From Lytechinus pictus (Eukaryota): a stretch of 64,000 bases of DNA. How positions within the stretch are numbered: position 1 is the first letter of the stretch; each line of letters opens with the position of its first letter. The notes beneath the pieces are model-generated. The model searched no databases, was not told where the DNA came from, and saw only the letters and a program-made list of their open reading frames with translations. Positions 1 through 13,200 of the stretch are shown here, in pieces. The stretch spans positions 24,738,001 through 24,802,000 of the forward strand of contig NC_087260.1 in assembly GCF_037042905.1 (NCBI RefSeq). Reading direction: 5' to 3'. A program made the position numbers and the translations under genes.

Positions 1-1930
1 AAGTTAGTAGAGGAGTAAGGCTGGAGGATCCACTCCATATTTATTTATCATAGCGATTGAATTATTAGCTCATTATATTAGGAGAAATGTTAATATAAAA
101 AGGGATAGGATTTGGGAAACGGGAAATAAAACAAGTTCTGTATGCAGACGACATTACATTGTTTTTAAAAGATATGAACTCGATTCAGAGAGTAAAGAAA
201 GTATTCTCAGATTTTGAAAATTTAACTGGATTGAAGATTAATATGGATAAACTTTTTATGGTTGGGAGAAGAAAGAGATAGACCTGGTTTACCACTTCTT
301 GGACATTGGTTTCAACATATTAAAATCTTAGGGGTACATTTCGCATGGGATTGTAAAGTCAAAGATGACTTGAACTATAAGGAAATCTTGAGTAAAATTA
401 AAAGACTTATTGGTTGGTGGAAACAAAGAGATCTCACGACGTATGGTAAAATAAAACTTTTGAAAATGTATGCATTTTCAAAATTAAATTATGTTTCTTC
501 CCTGATGACAGTCCCAAAAGACGTTTATTTAAGGAAATAGAAAAAAATATTTTAATTTTATTTGGGGAGGAAGAGCTAGAATAAAACGCAAGGTTCTATA
601 TCAAGACTATTCTATTGGAGGACTGAGAGCTCAAAATTTTGAGGTCTTTGTTAAGACCCAACGAATAATGTGGATTAAACGTTTGCTAGATGGAGGGAAA
701 CGTTCGTGTTGGAAAGCAACCTTCGAATATTTTTTTAGCTTTTTAGGTGGTCGAATCATATTTCTGTGTGATTATGATACGAGTAGAATGAATTTGAAAG
801 GTATACCATTATTTTACATAGATATGCTGAAGGCATGGCACGAATTAGATAAGTGTAGACATTTTGGATGGAAAAGTAATCTCATTATTTTTAATAACAA
901 GCGTATATGCCTCAATAATAAGACCTTTTTTTATATTGAATTATTTCAGAAAGGTATAGTAAAGGTCTCGGATATAATAGTTGGAGGTCAATTAAGACCA
1001 GTTTCATACTGGTATAATCTGAAATTTTCATCTGAAAACTTGCTCAAAATTCAAAAGATATTTTCAGTAATAACAAAAGAGTGGATACAAGGTGATTTTA
1101 TGGAAATAGATACAGACAACTTTGAAATTCAATTGATGATATGTGGGCATGTTCAGAAACTACGTGATATAAAATCTAAATGAATATATGACCACTTCAT
1201 TGAAAATTTTCAAATTGATTATGTATTTCATGTTACAGATGGGCAATCCGAATATGATTTGGGAATGGGGGAACTGAAAGAATTATTTCTGAGACTGAAA
1301 TGTGCAATGCTATGCAATAAACACAGAGAATTTCAATACAATTTAGAAGGGGCTGTGTACACGAAAAGGGAACTTTCTAAATTTGGTTTTGAGACAGATA
1401 ATTTGTGTTCCTTTTGTAAAAAAAGATTTTTTTTGTTGTCCTGAAGTTAAGCGATTATGGAGATGAGTAAAAAATTTCAACTGAATGAACTTGGCAGAAA
1501 ATGACAGTTGGAAAACAATTTTCATGGGGATATCTGGAAATACTACAAGAGTAGCTTTAATAAACTGTATTATATAATTAAGTAAATTGTTTTTAGTTCA
1601 AGAAAACAGGGAATATTGCCAACCGTACAGAAAGTGACACATTTGGTTAAAGAGTAGATAGTGTGTGTGTATGTGTCTGGATGCGGGGTGAGTGTTGGTG
1701 TGAGTGCGTGCTTGGGTATATGATTGTTTAATGAGTGTGTCCTTGTGAATAATTTTGTATTTTCTTTTAAATTATTTTTTGTGATAATTAATATTCCTTC
1801 AAATAATATACAATGTACACTTTTATTGTTAATTAATGGCGCAATTTAGTTTTTAAACTACCAGGCCTGTGTGTATTTTTATGTGATTTTCTTATTAATA
1901 AAACCATTTATCTATGTATCTATCTATCTA
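1..1930 (+). mobile_element. Decayed L1/Tx1-type non-LTR retrotransposon, 3' part (RT to C-terminal Cys motif, 3' UTR)
   Basis: SRGVRLEDP and LYADDIT near 6-160; ORF pieces IKILGVHF / DLTTYGKIKLLK / CSFCK with frameshifts; AATAAA near 1897 then a (TATC)n tail. Confidence 0.8.
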
Positions 1931-2207
1931 TACGGAATATCAAATAGCGTTTAAAAAGGGGAAGCTGGGGGTGCACTTAAGGAAATGGGAACAAATCAAT
2001 GCATACCTTTCTTAATACTATGGATGTATGGTTGCTTCATTTTGTTTCTGTTTTGATTTGTTTATTTGTTCAAATACAGATAGCTGTACGAGAGCAGGAT
2101 GCATCGTGTGTGGGTGTACGTGTGTAAATGGATGTGTGAATTTCGTGACGGGGAAGAGGGGGGGGGGAGCTGTGGGTGGTGATGAGTTGAAGTGAGCTTG
2201 TGTGACT

Positions 2208-3444
2208 CAGGGGCGGATCCAGCTTTCGCCAATAGGGGGGGCCGAAAAATATTTTCATCAACATTTTTCCCGATTGGCCGCTACAATCTAATTTTTTATT
2301 GGTTTTTCAGGGGGTAGTCCTAACAATAGACTGAAGTTTTAAGTATATGTTAGTTTTTATTGTTATAAACAAGATAAGGTATTTCATGTGGTCTTAATAT
2401 ATAATGCGAGCGCGATGTGCGAGCTAAAATTCTTTGATATTTTATGTCTTTAAAACTGAAGATTCTGAGCATTTTTTATAATCATGAACAAAGATAAGTA
2501 TCAAACTAAACAATGCGAGCGCGAAGCGCGAGCCGAAATTTTATTATAGTAACATGACAAGGAACTCAATTAGGACTGTTTTTAGTGATTAATGAAGAGG
2601 ATACAAGTATCACCAATTAAATAATGAGAGTGCGAAGCGCGAGCTCAAAATTTTTGATATTCCGACCTGAAAACTGGACAGTCTAAGCGCGTTTTTATTT
2701 AAATAAAGAACAAGTTGTGTGTCTCAAACAATTAAATGCGAGCGCGAAGCACGAGCTTAATTTTTTGATATATAGTACTCACATGATAAAGGAGCATTTT
2801 GACAAATATTGGAAAGAATTTCCAAAGAGGATAGGTATCTCACAAATTAAACAATGCGAGCACTGGCGTACCTAGGATTTTCCAGGATTTTCGTCAGGGG
2901 GGGGGGGGGGGGCAAAAAGGTATTTCAAGCTCGTCAGGGGGGCAGGGATACATGCATGGGTGATGGCTCGTCAGGGGGGGCAGACTGCCCCTCTGCCCCC
3001 CCCCCCGTAGGTACGCTAGTGAATGCGAGCGCGCAGCGCGAGCTGAAAATTTTTATATAACAATTTGTGTAAATCAAACAAAATAATGAAAGCTTGATGT
3101 GCGAGCTAAGATTGTGTGGAAATCGATTTCAGAACTGGATATATTAAGTGTCATTTAATCCTCTTGGATGGGTGTACACAGGCAATGCGAGCGCGAAGCG
3201 CGAGCGAAATTTTTTATATAAAGTATATTTTCCAATTCTTCCCCTCACCTTTTTCTTGTTTCCTTTCGGGGTCGGGCCGGCCGTTACGAGGCTGTAAATT
3301 ACACATCATGGGTATAATACCTCTTTCCTACTTTTCTTTCTATTTTTCGTATTTTCTATCAAGTCTAAGAGTACACTTTTTCTGCAAGTTGTCAAAAAAT
3401 AGGGGGGCCGGGGCCGGCTCGGCCCCCTCCTGGATCCGCGCCTG
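2208..3444. mobile_element. Non-autonomous TIR DNA transposon (MITE) with internal GCGAGCGCGAAGCGCGAGC repeats
   Basis: TIR CAGGGGCGGATCCAG / CTGGATCCGCGCCTG; direct repeat TGACT at 2203-2207 and 3445-3449. Confidence 0.8.
2861..3021. mobile_element. hAT-type MITE nested in the 2208-3444 element
   Basis: TIR CACTGGCGTACCTA / TAGGTACGCTAGTG; 8-bp TSD AATGCGAG at 2853-2860 and 3022-3029. Confidence 0.85.
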
Positions 3445-4092
3445 TGACTGTCTATGGAGAGAGATGAGGGGGGAGGGGTATGGGGGGGGGGGGGTAAGGT
3501 GAGTGTGTAGGGACGTTTTAGGATAATAACCTTCCTCTAATTAACCTTTGAAATAATCTTTTATCCTTTTTTTTATTCTTTTACAATTAATATGTGCAAA
3601 AGAGATTATTCCTATTCTAGTCAGGGAAAAAAGTCATCTTTTACAAAGTATGTTTGTTTTAAATTTTGTCGATTGATATGGGTTTTTCCCCTCTGCTTTC
3701 ATATTGTTAAAGAAGAGAAATTTGGCAGTTTAATTTGATTTGTAATCATTTTAAAAATATTTGTAATCTCATTGATATTGATATATTAATTTGTTTGATT
3801 GTTTATTGATTGTATACATGCAAAGAATATTTATTTATATGAATTGTGATTGTAAACTTATTGATTTGAAAGAGGAAGAAAATACAATATTATTTTTTAA
3901 AAAGTATAATAATATATCTCTATGTTGTAAATCCACCGATATAAATTAAATTGATCATTAGATGAAAAGATATCAATTGAATAAGCGATGCGGATCATAT
4001 TTAGGTAAAGGCATTTAAAAGAATTCAAATTAGCCATAATTTGTATTAATAATTCAACTTGCTCGATTTTCATTTTCGTTTATTTTGAAAAG

Positions 4093-4240
4093 TGGGAATG
4101 TAGCAGTTGTGAATTATCTACTGGATCAGAAAGACCTATTGTGCTCAAGACGTTCAAGAAGAGGCCATTCACCTTTAGATGTTGCATTGCGATCAGGAAA
4201 AACTGGAACTGCACGGATTCTCCTTGATAAGATAAAACAT
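4093..4240 (+). CDS. Exon, ankyrin repeat
   Basis: GNVAVVNYLL...GHSPLDVALRSGKTGTARILL; AG acceptor, GTAAAT donor, phase 0 exit. Confidence 0.8.
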
Positions 4241-7200
4241 GTAAATTCTGTAACGATTTCGGTAACTCTATAAAAATAGCGCCTCTAGATTTTCGCCGTG
4301 GTACACATAAAGGAAATTCACTCATTATAATTCAAAGGTATGCGTCAAACTTTTGGAAAACCGCATGCCCTGGCAAAATGCGAATTTACAAAGAGGGCGA
4401 AAGTTTTCTGAATACATCAAAGACATGGTGAAATGTCCTTTTAAAGAGTCCATTAGCTTTGTCACAACTATTGTTTGGACATATAAGAATTTCATCCTGA
4501 TGATTTCAAGGTGCCCTGTATCCTATATCACTAATCGTGATAATATAAATTATGCCCTAAATAAGTTTAGTTTGATATTCGTTGTATATGATCTGTGAGC
4601 ATATGAGTTTTGTTTTATGTTCTACTTGCAATATTTCTTCAGGGCGATGAGATGCGCCAGGATTCTATATTTTCAGACACAGGAAGTGTTATTGTGACAG
4701 GGTTCTTAACACGATTTTAAGTTCATGATAAAATGATATGGCATAGTAATAAAACGGTCATTATACTCCTTCAATTACTTTTGGAGTTTTCTTCTGCTGT
4801 TTAACAGGACACATCGGTAATACACCAGAGCGATCGTGAAGGATTTACACCTCTTCACATTGCTATTGAAACTGGATTAACATCAATCGTTGAAGAGTTG
4901 ATTTCTCTCGGTGCTGATTTAAACCAGGCATCAAACGATGGCAAGACACCATTACATACTGCTATCAAACTATGTAACTGTAAGAAGAGACAAGTTGAAA
5001 TGACACCAGCTTTAGACCAGGTATAGCATACCTAATTAAATTAGGACTAGTGTGGCCCATGGGGAGGCGAAGGGCCTTGCCCCCTTCGACCTGATTATAT
5101 ACAGTATTTCATTTATTTTTATTTTGTTTGCATGGTAGACAACTTGTACACCACTGGATGGTTCCCGGTCAATTCATGCTATTAATCATTAAACCCCTTA
5201 GCTATGGCCGTAGTTTTTTTTTTATAATTATGTTTCTTTATGTATTCTGTTTTTTTTTAATGTAAAAAAATAAAGCATATTTTTTGGCACGTAATCCTCA
5301 TGTTTTTTTTTTATCGCAATCCGAATTTTGATTTAAAAAAAATCATTCAGATTTTCAGAGTGCGATTTTAAATGCAATCATTTTTTCCAAACCTGCTATT
5401 TTCCTATTTTTTTTCAATTTTTTATTATCAAAATAGATACAGCAAGAGAGTGATGACACCCTATCACCGCCAGAAGCTTTGATACAACTCCTAGTAAATC
5501 AAGGATCTAAGAAAGGCATCAAGGATAAAGGCGGGTATTTTCCAGTGCAGTACGCCAAGGATGAGCACATTAAGCAAATGGCATTCTATAGGTGAGAGAA
5601 ATAATACGTTATCCATGCTCCAACTTTGTGCAATAAAAACATATAGAGTCTTTATCAGAATAATCATCTACAAATTAATTACCATCGTCGCCTTAAATAA
5701 TTCATTTATTTTTTTTTTTTTATTATTTTTTTTTTAATTTTTTTTTTTTGGGGGGGGGGGGGGCTGGGTCGCACACCAGCCTTTGTCTCCTTTTACAGCC
5801 AGATTTACCTTGAATTTGTCCAAAATAATTATATGAACAAAGGGGGAATCATTTTATTTTATCCAAGTACAATTCTGAATAAACTGGCGTTGCCTTATAT
5901 TGAAATCAAATTGATTTTCTTTACAAAACCTTAATATTCATGAAAAAGCCCTGTGAAATCCAAAAAGATCTTGCAGACATGATTGCTCCTATATACTTGA
6001 ACAGTCAATCCTACCTAAGTAATCTTCCAGAGACCTTTTTCGTTGAGTATATCTTATAGTTCAATTTCAGTCCTTATACAAATGAATGTATGAAAATAGG
6101 ATACTGTTGCATACATTTGCTGATACCTACAAGTTATTTTACTCTATTTTTCCTTCTTCCTTTTCCAGGTCATCGGAAGAAGATTTTGATACCCCACGTG
6201 GCAAGTAGTTCTCTTGAGTCTTAAATGTCAATTTAACATTGAATTTTAACAGTCATCAATACAGAATTTTCCAAGGGTGCAGATATACATCGTTTGGATA
6301 TTTTTATGGGGGGGGGGGGTGGGGTGGGGTGGGGGTGCTTTGCAGAAATCTCAGTAATCCCTCCATTGACGATAAAACTCCTTAAAATAAGGAATCTAAA
6401 AAAATGATTATTTTCCTTGGTTCTACTAGTAATTTAATTTACACCTTTAAATCAAAAGATCGACCGTTTCCAAGATCAAAGACTCACCGCAGTATTGGTA
6501 ACGAAGGTGGAATCCTATACTTGGATAGTTGTGACGTCACAATGGCTATTCTACCAGGACCATTGGAGCCTGGCTCTTGTCACGATGTATCTATATCTCT
6601 GATTACTGAGGATCCACCATCAATCAAAGAGGATGAGTTTCTTACAGGTCATGGCATAGAAATCGATATCCCTCCTCAGTGGTACTACAACAAATACCGA
6701 CGCATAACTCTATGTCTCCCCCATGCGGCAGCACCCGGGAAGTCAAATAGACAGTCTACTGACGTCATTTGGAAACATAAAGAATTGACTTCAGGTGAGC
6801 TATCAACAAACGCAAAGTTTACTCATAACTGGTAATGCAGTGAAAATAGTCGACGTAAAAATGCCTTTTTAAGAAAGGCATAGATTTTTACTATTCAGTA
6901 TTTCAGTCAATAATTTGCTTGCATCATTCCCATCATTCGTAATGGTGTAAGGCTATATGCCTATAGTGTTATGCGTTTTTTGGAAATGTATAGTAATGAA
7001 TCAGATTGGTATCCTCTCTGCGCACTTTTTTTATTTTCATTAAATCATTGTGTGCGCTATGAACGCCTAGCTTAGCCGGGTAGTATAGGAGCGCCTTGAG
7101 CACCTAACAAGGTGGATATGTGCGCAATATAAATACCCTATATTATTATTATTATTATTATTATTGGCTCGTATGCATAGCAGAGCGAGACTATATGCAC

Positions 7201-10200
7201 TGCTTTTCTGTACAATTGTTTGGGGCATCCATTAACCGAACCGAAATGCTAATTTTGAGGACCATTTATTTGTCGATACCAGTTGGCAAGATTCTGAGTT
7301 TTAAAGTTGCGCACTCTTTTATTGTAAAACTCTTTCTTAGCAACCCTAATCGATTTTATTACTTTATTTCTTAAATTGGGCAATTTTGCTAATTTGCATA
7401 AATACAAAATGGCGGCCAGATGCCATCTTAAAAAACCTAACTTTTGAACCCCTTGCCCCGAAATGATGGGTAATTACTCTTTTTAGGGGTTTTGGGGTGT
7501 GTAGAATCACGTTCTGCTATCTATTTTGCAATTGAAATGTCATCTTCAGGTCAAATCCAAGATGGCCGCCAGATGATGCCATTTTGAAAAATTAACTTCA
7601 GAACGTTCTGTCACAGAATCATGAAAAATACCTCTTTTAGTGAGTACATTGTATTTGGTATGTTGATTCCATTTCTGTTAATAATTTTGCAATATAGGAT
7701 CATTCAGATAAAAAAGATTGTCGCTAAATACCATTATACAAAAAAAAATTCCCGAGACTATTGAACCTTGACCTTGAAGAAGTACTCTCCCCAAAACGTA
7801 CACGCTTCCCCAAAGAGGTATACTATTATGTGTAGGATCTCATGTAAGGCTATTTTAGTAAGAATGATTAATTTCTTTTAATCTCTCCATTATTAGTGGT
7901 CAAGTCAGGTCTCAGATGGTCAGATGATTGATATATTTCGTCCCTAACCGATCACCTTAGAATGAAACCATTCATTTCTGGAGTTCTCATCATTTGTTTA
8001 TGTCTATCCATTCTTTTTTAGTGGAAGTATTGTTTTTTCAATTAAAAAGTGATTTCTCCGTAACTTCAGAAAATTGGTTAACCTTCCTTTATAATTATCA
8101 TTGGACTTTTCGTGCTGACAAAAGGTCAGCATGAGTGCACTTTTTAGTCTCTTGTAGAAGATATGCTCCCAAAGACTGATCCATGGTCATATCATTCCAT
8201 AAGCACAGTTTGCTACAACGCTGGAACATCTTATAGCTTCCCTCAGTTCCTGTGAGCAGTGGCGTGAAGCAATTAGGCTGCGCCTGGCCCTTACTCTCGT
8301 TGGGATCTTCTCCATGCTTCTCCAGTATGTATTTGGCGAATGCACAGAAGGCATCTACATGTGGGCGCGTCGTGGTCTAGTGGTTCTAACTCTTGCCTTT
8401 CAAACAGAAGGTCGTGGGTACGAATCCTAGCCATGGCGGGTTTTCCTTCAGCAAGAAATTCATCCACACTGTGCTGCACTCGACCCAGGTGAGGTGAAAG
8501 GGTACCCGGCATGATTAATTCCTTGAATGCTTGAGCGCCTAGGCAGCCCAGCTAAAGCCGGGGTAATAATAGCAGGGCCCGCTGTGAGAACAGTTTTCGG
8601 AACTGAAGTGGCTACCCTGGGTAAATATACCGTTATCATTATCATTAGTATTATTGCATGTCCCTACCAAGCAGATGGGAAAATATTCTACATCAACCGG
8701 CTATGTGTAAAAACAATGGTCAAGACAGTTCTCATTCGTGAGATGTTGTACGGCATCGACGTCGCCCCTGCCTTTCATAAAGAAGCGGGAGTAGGTCTAC
8801 AAGACCTATTCATACAGCCGCCTGTCCTGTGAATGTAAGGAGTTTGGATCACCCATCAGCCTGTAAGACATCCCGATCCTGATCGACTCAAGAAACTGAC
8901 TGTGTTCCAGATATCTCTATCAACAGCACTCACTCGTCTGGTTGTAGTGGACTTCTCACCTACCTTGGATTGACTATCTGTCTCTAGTTCCCTTTCACTG
9001 GACAAGGAGATAAGCACCAGGATAGAAAAAAAATCTGTCACAGTCATGGCCTAGCTCCTGAACGGAAATAAGTCCTGGAAAACGTACGCCGATCAATAAA
9101 AGCGGCTAAACACCTCCCATGTCAGCTGCCTTGGATGTATCCTGCACATTAAATGGCAGGACAGAATGAAAAATATAAGGCCCTTCAGCGTACATGTACG
9201 TGCATGCTGGCATTCCCAGCTTATTCTCGCTCCTTAGTCAAAGGTGCCTCAAGTGGTTGGGGCAGGTTCGCCGTATGAAACTTTGGCAAATCCTAGAAGG
9301 GAAACGCCAATGTAAGGTGAGATGTGTAATTGGTCTCCATATAGATCACACCTCCGTTATAAACACACCTGCAAACGTGACATAAAACTTGCCGGCATAA
9401 ACACTTGTGCAGATGTAGATGATATTGGCCATCTATGGATTGCTACTAAGTACAGGGGTCAAGACGTCAGAAAATGATCGGAATGCTATACCTTGGCAGA
9501 CGAAAGACTAAGGAGGAAGGCTAGGGCAGCATCTCTGTCTGAACCTGTCTCAGCGCCATCCTCCTTCATCTATACAAATTTGCTTTTTTTGAGACAGCCA
9601 CTCTACATCGGAGCTCTACAGCCATACTCGAAAATGTAATACCTAGCGCGCTACACCATCGTCTTTTGAGACAAACTGATGCCTACTTATTATTGGGCAT
9701 TTCGATTTAGGAAAAATATGGAGAGAACACTTTCAAATTCAAATAAGACTTTAGTGCCTCTTCAGTACAAAAGTATGAATGGACATTAAAAAAAATAAAA
9801 AATACACGCGAAATTGATCGTAGCCCAAATTCTAAGGTGAGCGGTTAATGTCGAACGTCTGACAACATCTTAGATATGACTTCACCTTGAACTAAAAATT
9901 GAGAATTAAGAAAAGTGAAAGTGAAAAGTAAGAAGTGAAATACATAAGCTCTTTGACTATATGCCTCGGAAAGTAATTTTTCAAGATGGGGTTTGGCGGC
10001 CATCTTGAATTTGATCTGAAAATTATTCTTTATTGCAAAATTACATTAGAACTTGAATCAAACTACCAAATGACTAACGAATAGAGTTATTATTCATGAT
10101 TCTGGGGCAAAGGGTTAAAAAACTAATTATTTCAAGATGGCGTCATCTGGCGGCCATCTTGGATTTGACCTGAAGATGACCTTGTACTGCAAAATAGATA

Positions 10201-13200
10201 GCAGAAAGAGATTCTACACACCCAAAACCCCTATACAAAGGTATTACTCATCATTCTAGGGCAAGGCGTTTAAATTCAATTTTTCAAGATGGCATCTGGC
10301 GGCCATCTTGGATTTGACATGAAGATGACCTTATATTGCAAAAATAATAGAAATCGATTCTACACACCCCTAAATCCATAAAGGAGCTATTCCTCATCAT
10401 TATGGGGCATGGGGTTCAGAAGTTAGGTTTTTAAGATGGCATGTGGCGGCCATTTTGGATTTATGCAAATTAGCAAAATTGCCCGAAAGGGCAACTTTGG
10501 ACAACCAAGCTGAATTTGTTCTAGGACCCCATAAAACACGAATCAAGAAAAAAAAACCTCATCGGAAAAAAACATTTCTAGGTTCGAAAATGTCAAATCG
10601 ACTAAAAGGACATGAAGATGGCCTTATATTGCAAAAATAATAGAAATCGATTCTACACACCCCTAAATCCATAAAGGAGCTTTTCCTCATCATTATGGGG
10701 CATGGGGTTCAGAAGTTAGGTTTATAAGATGGCATGTGGCGGCCATTTTGGATTTATGCAAATTAGCAAAATTGCCCAAAAGGGCAACTTTGGGCAACCA
10801 AGCTGAATTTGTTCTAGGACCCCATAAAACACGAATCAAGAAAAAAACCTCATCGAAAAAAAACCATTTCTAGGTTCGAAAATGTCAAATCGACTAAAAG
10901 GACTTGGTCACGAGCATGCAAAGCTTTTTGCCTTTGCAAAATTAATGACTTGATATTACATTTCATTCATGGTTTGTCATTTATATGCATAGATATGGAT
11001 TTTACCGGTAAGCATCGATCAAGATTGGTTTGAAGAAATAAATCACATTTTGAAGAAGGATCTTCTGTAATATATACATCCTCCCATGAATGATCAATTA
11101 ACCAAGACCCAAATTCACGAATTCCGCTATCACGTAAAGAACGCACAAATTTCTTTTTAATCTTATTTTGCAAAGACAAATTTTCTGAAGAAGGACACCA
11201 CAAAACACAATTATGATTACTCATACGTATTGATGCAAGGATATGTGGATCTCTAAAGTGATTATAACAGTTGGAAATGATTTTGTTTAAAATATTGTTT
11301 CCTCTAGTTTTATTTACAATTCAGAAAATAAGCAGATCTACAATGCCATCACCATACAAAAAGTATCTCTTTGCAAAAAGTGATTAACACTTGTAGCTAT
11401 AAGCAATTAATAAGCAACGATACAAAAGAGGGACGTAGGCTATAAAATAGTTTTAAAGGACACTTGTATTAAGATACTCTAAACCACTATTTTCTGCAAT
11501 ATGCAATAATTGCTTTTACAGCTCATCGCCTCAAAGCATATGCCAATGAAGACGAAATGCAATCTACAATAAAAGAGAAACACGTCGAGGTCACCATCTA
11601 TGCTGATTTAGTGATTAAGGGCAAGATACAACTTTGGGTACCATTCGATATTCACCGTCACGCCACGGGGAAACTGATGGCTTGCACCCCTTTCCTTCCC
11701 GTTGATATGGTACAGGGCAATGATGTAACACTACGGATGTACATACACGAGGACATACCTTACATTGCTGAGGTAAACAGAAAATCTCGACTGTGAACTG
11801 TTTCTAAAAATCATTTAAGCAAAATATTCATATCTAATTGAGATCATATTGATGAATAATTGCTGATGATTGGTCAATTATGTTATGAAGTTCCAGAATG
11901 CTGTGTTCTAACCGTTCTAACCATAGACTTATAACGTATGAGGCGCCGAATGTACCAATATTATATAGAACAATTATTTGTTATATAATCATTATTTATT
12001 AAATAATAACTATTATTTATATATAATTTACATTTATTTGTAAATAACTATTATTATATAAAATATCATTTCTAATTATTTATATATAATTCCAAGTAAT
12101 ACTTCATTATTTGTAAATAATAATAGTTCGACATTCCATTATTTATAAATAATGATTATTTGTTTTTCATTATTTATAAATAATGATTATTTGTTTTTCA
12201 TTATTTATAAATAATGATTATTTGTTTTTCATTATTTACAAATAATGATTATTTGTTTTTCATTATTTATAAATAATGATTATTTGTTTTTCATTATTTA
12301 TAAATAATGATTATTTGTTTTTCATTATTTATAAATAATGATTATTTGTTTTTATATTATTTATAAATAATGACACTACATACTTCATTATTTATAAATA
12401 ATTGCAATTCGTTTTTCCGTTATTAATAAATAAGTTTTCTATTATTTATAAATAATAATTATTTATTATCAATGCCAGTGCACATTTCTTTATTTATAAA
12501 TAATTTGTTGAGTTTTCCATTATTTATAAATAATGATTATTTGTTAAATAATGAAAACGTCTACTTCATTATTTATAAATAATTTTTTCGAGTGCACCAT
12601 TATTCTCATTATTTATAAATAATCATTATTTAATGTTCGGGTTTTCCATTATTTATAAATAATTTTTTCGAGTGCACCATTATTCTCATTATTTATAAAT
12701 AATCATTATTTAATGTTCGAGTTTTCCATTATTTATAAATAAAGATTATTTGTTAAATAATGAAATATCTACTTCATTATTTATAAATAATAATTTAGTT
12801 TCAATATCCCATTATTTATAAATAATCATTATTTATAAACAATTTTTACAGTTTGCCATTATATACAAATAATCATTATTTATATACAAATAACCATTAT
12901 TTATTAAATAATGCCATTATTTATTATATAATGCCATTATTTATTAAATAATGGAAAACTCGCTATAACATGCAAATGTGGGACCGCCCATGATATGAAT
13001 ATTCATGATGCGATTTCCTTTTTCGTGATTTTTCTTCACAAATTTTTGTCCATTTCCTCTTCATAATGACATTTCTTAAAGCAATTTTCTAGGGATATGG
13101 TCTGATTTTAATATTCTTCATTTTCTATATAACTTCGTCTTCGTAGAAATATCAAAAAGTGTAATTTTATACGATTTTTCCTACAGTTCACAATCCCCAT

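Larger units (their letters stand above)
7378..10900. mobile_element. Old DNA transposon with long inverted subterminal CAAGATGGCGGC repeats; interior holds a SINE and an RTE fragment
   Basis: 7378-7640 is an inverted homolog of about 10100-10490; repeated CAAGATGGC(G)GCC motif; exact ends unclear. Confidence 0.55.

Noticed and set aside
8363-8435. tRNA-like sequences (also 28555-28626, 35493-35555, 44638-44710)
   Set aside because: They lack a proper acceptor stem and are mostly followed by SINE core and tail; these are SINE heads, not tRNA genes.
12137-12370. Regular palindromic repeats resembling a CRISPR array (also 22890-23360)
   Set aside because: No unique spacers, eukaryotic context, no cas genes.
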